Origin: Bdellovibrionales bacterium
GTDB taxonomy: Bacteria; Bdellovibrionota; Bdellovibrionia; Bdellovibrionales; UBA1609
Assembly: GCA_041690295.1 (NCBI GenBank)
Contig: JAWLHR010000017.1
Span: 1-64,000 of the forward strand
Direction of reading: 5' to 3'
Length of the DNA: 64,000 bases
Positions 57,320 to 64,000 of this stretch are shown one piece after another (position 1 is the first letter of the stretch; each line of letters begins with the position of its first letter). The notes under the pieces were generated by a model. That model was not told the origin of the DNA. It was given only the letters and a program-made list of their open reading frames with translations, and did no database searches. Position numbers and translations under genes: made by a program.

Positions 57320-58285
57320 ATGGCTTTGCGCGTCTTGCTCGCCGATGAGAGCTCCACGATCAAAAAAGTTTTCCAATTGGCCCTTCAGGATTTTGCCGCC
57401 GAAGTGAAACCCGTGAATTTGGGAGTGGACGTGTTGCCCGTCGCGCAGTCGTTCAAGCCCGACATTATTTTCGCCGACGTGCTTTTACAAAAGCGCAACG
57501 GGTATGAAGTCTCGGCCGAATTGAAACAAGATCCCGCGCTCAAGTCGATTCCCGTGGTCCTGATGTGGAGCGGCTTCATGGAACTGGACGAAGACAAATA
57601 CCAGGCGTCCATGGCAAACGCCCAACTTGAAAAGCCCTTTGACGTCGCCGCCCTTCGCAAGCTGGTGACGGAATTAGTTCCCAAAACTCAAAGCCAGCGC
57701 TTATCGCAATTCCTGAGTTTTCCAAAGATGCCTGAGATTGAAGAAAAAGGCGCGCCCGAGCAACAAGCCAGTGCGGAACCGCCGCCCGCGCCAAAAGCCG
57801 CCGTCAAGGAAAGCCAGGAAGATTTCGCTCAAGTTCCCCTGCCCAAAATCAAAGGTGGTGAAAAATACCGTCTTGATTTAAAGCCCGAGGAATTGGAGCC
57901 CGAACACGTTCCCGTTGAATACGAGCTTCCTTCGGAAAAAATCAGCATGGAAGATGTGCTGGGGAACGACGATGAACCCTTCTCCATCCGGGAAACCAAA
58001 GTGGGTGCGAAAGCCGCGCCACCTTTGCCGATCGTTGATGATGACCCTCCCGATGAAGACATCCGGATCGGAGAAAAAACAGCGGCGGAGCCGGCGCCTC
58101 AGGCGTCTTTACCTCAAGCCGCTATGCCCAGTTTAAGTCCCGCCCAACTTGAGAAAATCATTCGTGAGCAAAGCGCGGAAGTGATTGAATCTGTGGTCTG
58201 GAAAGTGGTGCCCGATCTTGCGGCACAAATCATTGAACGCGAACTCAATAAATTGCTCAAAGAACGTGAAACTCAAACTTTCTGA
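57320..58285 (+). CDS. romR: RomR-like polar response regulator
   Basis: N-terminal receiver; acidic/Pro-rich linker; C-terminal EVIESVVWKVVPDLAAQIIERELNKL typical of RomR. Confidence 0.8.
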   Translation: MALRVLLADESSTIKKVFQLALQDFAAEVKPVNLGVDVLPVAQSFKPDIIFADVLLQKRNGYEVSAELKQDPALKSIPVVLMWSGFMELDEDKYQASMANAQLEKPFDVAALRKLVTELVPKTQSQRLSQFLSFPKMPEIEEKGAPEQQASAEPPPAPKAAVKESQEDFAQVPLPKIKGGEKYRLDLKPEELEPEHVPVEYELPSEKISMEDVLGNDDEPFSIRETKVGAKAAPPLPIVDDDPPDEDIRIGEKTAAEPAPQASLPQAAMPSLSPAQLEKIIREQSAEVIESVVWKVVPDLAAQIIERELNKLLKERETQTF

Positions 58286-59117
58286 GCTGATCGCTCACGC
58301 CTTTCAAGAAGACCTGCCCAACGGGGATCTGACGACCGATAGTTTACAGCTGGATAAGGTACCGGGAAAAGCACGGCTCCTGGCCAAAGAAGATTTCGTC
58401 CTCGCCGGCACCGAAGTGTTCACCTCCTGCATGCGTTACTTTGATCCTTCGGTGGATGTCCACTGGCAATTTAAAGACGGCGATTTCGTCCTCGACAAAC
58501 AAGTCGTGGCCTGGTTGAGGGGTGATCTGATTTCCATTTTGAAATCCGAGCGCGTGGCCTTGAATTTCTTAGGGAGAATGTGCGGGATCGCCACCCTCAC
58601 GCGTTGCTTCGTCAAGGAGACCGAGGGCACCAAATGTAAGATCCTTGACACGCGCAAGACCACTCCCCTGCTCAGGGAACTTGAGAAACAAGCGGTGCGC
58701 GCCGGCGGCGGCCACAACCACCGAATGAATCTTTCCTCCGCGATCATGATCAAAGATAATCACATTCGTGCGGCCGGTGGAATTGAAACGGCGATCCGGC
58801 GGATTCGCGCCAATTGCGATTCTCCGATCGAAGTGGAATGCCGCACGCTCGATGAAGTCCGGACAGCCGTGAAGGAGCGGGTTCAGCGCATCCTCCTCGA
58901 CAATATGACGCTGGATCAAATCCGGGAGGCCCGCGAATTGATTCCCGCGGTCATCGAAGTCGAGGTGAGCGGAAATGTCACCTTGGAGCGAGTCCGTGAA
59001 ATTGCAACACTTGACGTGGATTATATCAGCGTCGGCGCCTTGACACATTCGGCCCCGATCGCGGATTTGTCGTTAATGTTCGAATGGCCGGCCGTGGATT
59101 CCGTGGAGCAGGTATGA
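58266..59117 (+). CDS. nadC: Quinolinate phosphoribosyltransferase
   Basis: ERVALN, DTRKTTP, NHR, IKDNH, LLDN and ISVGALTHS; probable GTG start at 58266. Confidence 0.95.
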   Translation: MKLKLSELIAHAFQEDLPNGDLTTDSLQLDKVPGKARLLAKEDFVLAGTEVFTSCMRYFDPSVDVHWQFKDGDFVLDKQVVAWLRGDLISILKSERVALNFLGRMCGIATLTRCFVKETEGTKCKILDTRKTTPLLRELEKQAVRAGGGHNHRMNLSSAIMIKDNHIRAAGGIETAIRRIRANCDSPIEVECRTLDEVRTAVKERVQRILLDNMTLDQIREARELIPAVIEVEVSGNVTLERVREIATLDVDYISVGALTHSAPIADLSLMFEWPAVDSVEQV

Positions 59118-59842
59118 ACAAAGTCAATTCGATCACCGAAGCAACCTTGAACTGGGCCTCGCAACGTGACGTGACCGTGCGCTACAAACCCGAAACCGAA
59201 TCCACCAACGACGATGCCAAAGCCAACGCTTTAGACGATCGTGAAGATGTGGTTCTCTATCTGACGAATCACCAAACCAAGGGCCGCGGCCGAGGCGCTC
59301 ATTCCTGGCTCGATACCGGTGCCGGAGAAAGTTTGCTCTGCACATGGTCTCTTTGGATGCCCGCTCCGCCGCAAGCGATCACAGCGCCACGAATCGGCTT
59401 GATTCTCTTTGAAGCGGTTCGGCTCGCCTGGCCGTCACTGAAGTGGAGCCTCAAAGCTCCCAACGATTTGCTTTTGAATGGAAAAAAATGCGGCGGACTT
59501 CTGGTTGAAGCCGTCACCGACGGGACAAAGCATCGCTTGCTCGTTGGAATCGGATTCAATGTCTTTAATCATCCCCGCCGCTTTGAAGACGCCACCCATT
59601 TGACGGAAGGATTGAACCAATCCGTTGAAGAGGGCGAGTGGTTCCGGTTTATCGATCAATTGCATGGCGATTTGCTGGCTAAACGCGATGAAATGATCCA
59701 ACCCACGTTAACCGAGCCCGCTTGCCGTGAACTGATGAACGCCCTGAATGCCAATCCGAACCGTCCGTTTCAAGTGCAAAAGATCAGTCCGCAGGGTGAT
59801 ATCGTTCATGCCGATGGCGTGGTGTCCTGGATGGAGTTGTAA
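59114..59842 (+). CDS. birA: Biotin--protein ligase (no HTH domain)
   Basis: STND, QTKGRGRG, KAPND and KKCGGLLVE. Confidence 0.85.
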   Translation: MNKVNSITEATLNWASQRDVTVRYKPETESTNDDAKANALDDREDVVLYLTNHQTKGRGRGAHSWLDTGAGESLLCTWSLWMPAPPQAITAPRIGLILFEAVRLAWPSLKWSLKAPNDLLLNGKKCGGLLVEAVTDGTKHRLLVGIGFNVFNHPRRFEDATHLTEGLNQSVEEGEWFRFIDQLHGDLLAKRDEMIQPTLTEPACRELMNALNANPNRPFQVQKISPQGDIVHADGVVSWMEL

Positions 59843-59843
59843 T

Positions 59844-60401
59844 ATGGCTTTGACCTACACGCCGCCTGGAGAACTCGGCTCACCGTGTCCCGATTTCACT
59901 CTTCCCGGTGTCGACGGAAAAACCTACTCTTTGAAAGATTTCGCCGACGCCAAAGCTCTCGTGGTGGCTTTTATTTGCAATCATTGTCCTTACGTTCAAG
60001 CCATTGAAGATCGATTCATCGCGCTCGCTAAAGAATTGACGCCGAAAGGTGTCCAGTTCGTCGGCATTTGCGCCAACGATCCCACCGATTACCCCGAAGA
60101 TCGGCCCGAGGAATTGAAAAAACGATGGCTTGAAAAGCGGTACGGCTTTCCCTATTTGATCGATGAAGAGCAAGAAATCGCACGCAAATTCGGAGCGGTC
60201 TGTACCCCGGATTTTTACGTTTTTAACAGCGCGCGAGACCTTGTTTACCGCGGGCGACTGGACGATTCTTGGCGAAACCCGGAGCGGGTAAAGCGTCAGG
60301 AGCTTAAAGAAGCCGTCTTGCGCGTTTTGGCCGGCCAGCCCCCGGATCCAGCGCAAAATCCCTCCATGGGATGCTCCATTAAATGGAAAAAGGGTGACTG
60401 A
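59844..60401 (+). CDS. Thioredoxin-fold (AhpC/TSA, PRX-like1) protein
   Basis: FICNHCPYV, FPYL.D, AVCTPDF, YRGRLDD and GCSIKW. Confidence 0.9.
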   Translation: MALTYTPPGELGSPCPDFTLPGVDGKTYSLKDFADAKALVVAFICNHCPYVQAIEDRFIALAKELTPKGVQFVGICANDPTDYPEDRPEELKKRWLEKRYGFPYLIDEEQEIARKFGAVCTPDFYVFNSARDLVYRGRLDDSWRNPERVKRQELKEAVLRVLAGQPPDPAQNPSMGCSIKWKKGD

Positions 60402-60428
60402 TCCCGCCCTCTTTGTTAACCGCTCCAT

Positions 60429-60863
60429 GTGCTCAATTTAGTTTTATCAGCGACCGCGTTCTGGTGGTGCACTCTTGATGTGAAGATTCACGGCCAGGCG
60501 GATCACTATCTTTATTTCGGCCGCGACTCGTGGCATGGCGAGGCACCGATGCATTGTTCCTTCGATCGGGAATCGCGGACCTATAAGGTGCGGTTTGAAT
60601 TCAAATCCCTTTTGTCAGGTTTCGGCGCCAATAACACTTCCCAATTGGAAGTCAAATTAACACTATGGACTCGCTCACCGGTGGCTGATTTTTACTTTTA
60701 CGGCGCGGCGAGCGGTCAGCATTTCGGCTCGCAAGTGAATTTGCAAGGCCGGGATGCCAGCTCCGAATTTTCCGCGCAAATTTCACCGGTGGCGTTCCCC
60801 TCAGTGGCCAGATCACTCAGCATGGGAATCGTGCGTATTCAGAAGGTGGAATCAGAATGGTGA
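60429..60863 (+). CDS. Hypothetical protein
   Basis: ORF fills the gap in a co-oriented run and overlaps the next start. Confidence 0.5.
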   Translation: MLNLVLSATAFWWCTLDVKIHGQADHYLYFGRDSWHGEAPMHCSFDRESRTYKVRFEFKSLLSGFGANNTSQLEVKLTLWTRSPVADFYFYGAASGQHFGSQVNLQGRDASSEFSAQISPVAFPSVARSLSMGIVRIQKVESEW

Positions 60864-61384
60864 AGTGGTTGTTTTTGGGATTGGCCGCGGCCCTGATCAC
60901 CTTCGCGTTTTATCTTTATTTCCATTTGGGTTTGAATAAACCCGTTGAAATTACAGTCACCGAAGCCGGGCCCTTTGTTTTGATTTACAAGGAACACATG
61001 GGCGCCTATCACGAGATCGGCCCCGTGATTCGCGAAGTGGAAAACTGGGCGATAAAAAATAACGTGCCGTGCCCTCGCACCTTTGGCGAGTATCTGGATG
61101 ATCCGTCAACGGTGGATCAAGATCGTCTGCGAAGTTTAGGCGGATGCCAAACTTTAACTGTTCCTGGCGAATTACCGGAAGGTTTTAAAACCAAGGAAAT
61201 CCCTCGCAAAAATTATGTTATGGCGCGCTTTTCCGGCTCGCCCGCGATCGGTCCTTACGCCGTGTATCCTAAGGTTAAAGATTTCTTCCATGAAAAACGC
61301 ATGAAAATGCCCGCTTCGGTGATTGAGTTTTATTTGGTGAGCGGGCGGAATGTGGAAACCGAATTTTTATTTGAAATTCCCTAA
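60857..61384 (+). CDS. Membrane-anchored GyrI-like small-molecule-binding protein
   Basis: N-terminal TM; HMGAYHEIG, GEYLDDP...LRS..G and IEFY. Confidence 0.7.
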   Translation: MVKWLFLGLAAALITFAFYLYFHLGLNKPVEITVTEAGPFVLIYKEHMGAYHEIGPVIREVENWAIKNNVPCPRTFGEYLDDPSTVDQDRLRSLGGCQTLTVPGELPEGFKTKEIPRKNYVMARFSGSPAIGPYAVYPKVKDFFHEKRMKMPASVIEFYLVSGRNVETEFLFEIP

Positions 61385-61440
61385 GTCCGTATCAATAATT
61401 TCCTTTAGAGATCGAACTTTCATTGGGAGTGGGGGAAATT

Positions 61441-62085
61441 ATGTCTCGAATTCAATTCGGTTTGGTCATAACTTTGTTTTTTAGCGCCATTCAAGCCCAA
61501 GCGATCGTCGATCTTCGATTTCACTACGGCCCATGGAGCGGAAAACCGAAAAAATTCAATCAATCGTGGCAGGAAGACCCGGCAGTTTCGCATCCGGAGA
61601 TTTCCGGCCCCAACGTCATGGGAGCCGATCTTATTCTTGATCCGCCGATGGTTCCTTTTGTTCTGGGCGCGCGCTACGAAATTTTTGACGTGAAAGAAAA
61701 CTTCACCGCCGCTGGTGTCCCGGGAACTTCAAAAATCGAAGCCAACCGGTTGTCGGCGCTTTTCGGGTTTCGCTTCATCAATACAAAGATCGCCTACATC
61801 GGTTTGCTGGGCCACTACGGTTTGAAGAACGAGTTGAATTACACCGTGACCAGCGGAATCGCGGTTGAGTACAAAGAAAAAATGGAACCCAGTTATGGTG
61901 TAGGCATCGAAGCCGGCACCAAACTGCTTGGTGTGATGATCGGTCTTGAAGCCGGATACACCCAGTTCAAAGCCAAATCAGCCACCGATCCCAATGGAGA
62001 CGTGTTTACCAACAGCGCCGGTGAAATCGTCCCGCTGGATTTCAGTGGACCTTATTTCAAAGCCCTCTTGGGCATTTCCATATAG
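61441..62085 (+). CDS. Outer-membrane beta-barrel protein (8-stranded type)
   Basis: Signal peptide AQA; alternating amphipathic strands; C-terminal GPYFKALLGISI. Confidence 0.65.
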   Translation: MSRIQFGLVITLFFSAIQAQAIVDLRFHYGPWSGKPKKFNQSWQEDPAVSHPEISGPNVMGADLILDPPMVPFVLGARYEIFDVKENFTAAGVPGTSKIEANRLSALFGFRFINTKIAYIGLLGHYGLKNELNYTVTSGIAVEYKEKMEPSYGVGIEAGTKLLGVMIGLEAGYTQFKAKSATDPNGDVFTNSAGEIVPLDFSGPYFKALLGISI

Positions 62086-62096
62086 GAGAATAGCCA

Positions 62097-62636
62097 ATGT
62101 CGAATTTTCTTCGAGCCGTCTTAGTTTTCGCGATCCTTCCTTTTATGGCCGCGCCGGCCCAAGCGGACATTCTTCTTGAGCCTTATGGGGGCTACTACAC
62201 CGGCGATTGGGAACAAGGCACGACATCACATGACCTGAAAGGTCTGGCCTTCGGTGGCCGCCTTGGTTTTCAACACATGGGTTTCATGGCCGGATTGGAT
62301 TACATGACCGGAATGTGGAAGGACGATGACAATCCCAGCCGCGATGTCACCCCCACCGATTTATCCATTTTCGTGGGTTACAACTTTCCCGCGATGGTGC
62401 GGATTTATGGTGCCTACGGACTGGATTCGGAATTGAAATTCAAAGCCAACAACACCGTGGCCAAGTGGACCGGAAACACATTGAAGTTTGGCATCGGATT
62501 CACCTTCTTCCCCATGGTCAGCCTGAACCTTGAGACCATCCGCGGGGACTACGACGAGGTGAACGGCCAATCCGCCACGACAAAACGCGAAACCGTCCTT
62601 TACGGCTTCAGCGTGAGCGTACCGTTGACGTTTTAA
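62097..62636 (+). CDS. Outer-membrane beta-barrel protein
   Basis: AGGAG SD; signal peptide AQA; LLEPYGGY; C-terminal Phe. Confidence 0.75.
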   Translation: MSNFLRAVLVFAILPFMAAPAQADILLEPYGGYYTGDWEQGTTSHDLKGLAFGGRLGFQHMGFMAGLDYMTGMWKDDDNPSRDVTPTDLSIFVGYNFPAMVRIYGAYGLDSELKFKANNTVAKWTGNTLKFGIGFTFFPMVSLNLETIRGDYDEVNGQSATTKRETVLYGFSVSVPLTF

Positions 62637-63800
62637 TTAAACGTACGATCCTTTTTTGATCTTTTCGACGATCACTTTTTCAAGGATCTGAGGATCTTTG
62701 GGATCCACGCTGAAGACCGCCTGTTGTTCGCAACGTTTCTTTTCTTTGACCAGCCAGCGGAGAATGTCAGCGAGAGGCTTGTTCTTTTTGTCCTGGAAAA
62801 AGGGATCGTTCTCCAAAGCATCCTTGGCTTTTTTAAGCGAACGCGCTTCCGCCGGATCCCGGTCATTCACCGAGTAGCAGAACAAGCCGTACTTCTTCAC
62901 ATCTTCGGGCAACACACCCAAAAACCGAACTTGGGGCGCGGAGAAATCGGAATTCCGAATCAGTGACGCCGCCGATCCGGCCTTGAGAGTTCGGAAAATG
63001 TTCTGAAGCGTGTAAGCATCCAAGTCTCCGTAGAAATACATCGGGATCTTCAACTGATCCTGAATGGTTTTACACCAGCCCCGCACGCCGTTGGACGGAA
63101 CCCCCTGCGCACCGATGATGATGCAGTTATGTCGCGTGTGCATGCCGTTGGCGACCAGAGTGTTGGCCGTACCTTCCGACTCAACGATCAGGCAGAAGTC
63201 GATTTTCCCTTTTTTGGGCTTCAGTCTGAACGTTTGTGGTTTGTTTTTCGGTTGGAATGGCGTGGTTCCCAAACTGCCCAGATCAACCACCGCGGTCGAA
63301 CCGTCGGAGAGCGTTTCAGTAACGATCAAATTCTTTGAGTACGTTTGACCGCCCCGGTCGTTAGCGAAGCAATTCATTTCTTCGCGATAAACTTCGAGCA
63401 TATCGCAAATGAAATCGATGATCGCGTCGCTTTCCGGTTGGTCCTCGAAATCCAGAGGCTTTAAATGGGTGTTCCCCTTCACCAAACCTTTGGAAATATA
63501 GTAAAGTTCACGCTTCGTATTGACGGCGCCGCTGCGCAAGTTTCCAAGTAAAATCTCCAACATGAAAATCGTCCGCGCCATCTTTTGCACCGACGAAACA
63601 TTCAACTCGGTCTTAACGACTTTTTCCCCCGGAGTCAGAAAACCGACCTTGGGATTATAAAAAGAGTTGTCGAGCGAACACTTCACGGCTTCAAGCACTG
63701 GCCGCTTCGCCTTTTCAAGATCCGACAGCATTTGTTCGCAAAGGACCTTGGCTTCCTTGAGGATGTCTTTGTTCAATACGCGAATTTGAGCTTTAGCCAT
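62637..63800 (-). CDS. top6A: DNA topoisomerase VI subunit A (Spo11-like)
   Basis: NTKRELYY (WHD catalytic Tyr), IVESEG and YGDLDAY TOPRIM motifs; C-terminal KKRCEQQA. Confidence 0.85.
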   Translation of the reverse strand: MAKAQIRVLNKDILKEAKVLCEQMLSDLEKAKRPVLEAVKCSLDNSFYNPKVGFLTPGEKVVKTELNVSSVQKMARTIFMLEILLGNLRSGAVNTKRELYYISKGLVKGNTHLKPLDFEDQPESDAIIDFICDMLEVYREEMNCFANDRGGQTYSKNLIVTETLSDGSTAVVDLGSLGTTPFQPKNKPQTFRLKPKKGKIDFCLIVESEGTANTLVANGMHTRHNCIIIGAQGVPSNGVRGWCKTIQDQLKIPMYFYGDLDAYTLQNIFRTLKAGSAASLIRNSDFSAPQVRFLGVLPEDVKKYGLFCYSVNDRDPAEARSLKKAKDALENDPFFQDKKNKPLADILRWLVKEKKRCEQQAVFSVDPKDPQILEKVIVEKIKKGSYV

Positions 63801-63810
63801 GATCTAACTC

Positions 63811-64000
63811 CTACTTCTGTTTCCGGGCGGGCGCGGATTTTTTGGTTCCCCGTTTTTTCTGGACAACAACATCGTCCCCGGACGCGGCGGCCATTTCCGG
63901 TTGCTCAGCAGTCCCCGCTTCTTCCGCTGGGGCTTCCGCGGCCGCGTTGGACTCCTCGGGTTCATCCGCGAGCCCCAACTTCTTGCGCTCACGCGCTTTG
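63811..64000 (-). CDS. 3' end of the upstream CDS (acidic then basic low-complexity tail ...KKSAPARKQK*), probably topoisomerase VI subunit B
   Basis: Open frame from the window edge to TAG at 63813-63811, 10 nt before the top6A start; identity inferred from context only. Confidence 0.5.
   Translation of the reverse strand, partial: KARERKKLGLADEPEESNAAAEAPAEEAGTAEQPEMAAASGDDVVVQKKRGTKKSAPARKQK

Overview
The window is chromosomal DNA from a Bdellovibrionota-like predatory bacterium. This assignment is inferred from the FQNC-type lipoprotein, a signal-peptide-bearing phage-fibre-like adhesin, RomR, orphan pilin-like genes and a bacterial topoisomerase VI subunit A. About 18.8-37.3 kb and 39-64 kb are mostly housekeeping or metabolic genes: feoAB, cystathionine beta-synthase, amidase-rph-rdgB-prs-rplY-pth-ychF, slt-oppABC, radA, a CoA-transferase, glpK, hutI/hutU/hutH, def-fmt-rpe, lptG, romR-nadC-birA and top6A. 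The main accessory locus is 6.8-18.8 kb. There, two paralogous lipoproteins with a FrpC-type self-processing (SPM/MIIA)-like domain, in which the scissile Asp-Pro is replaced by Ser-Pro, bracket a Gly-rich Calx-beta-like lipoprotein and an inverted two-gene cassette. That cassette encodes a 2185-aa fibre with about 4.8 x 190-aa repeats and a Gly-rich/DUF1566-like putative tip protein. A 15-bp palindromic operator-like motif recurs upstream of these genes. Other notable items are a candidate sigma54-dependent ~55-nt sRNA with an anti-Shine-Dalgarno loop (23.7 kb), a RAYT-like HUH nuclease with an N-terminal clamp-binding-like motif and associated GTAG repeats (37.4-38.7 kb, with related repeats at 0.3 and 41.7 kb), and a hairpin-less MacA adaptor. 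No rRNA, tRNA, CRISPR array or prophage was recognised. All family calls come from motif recognition by eye; no database searches were run.
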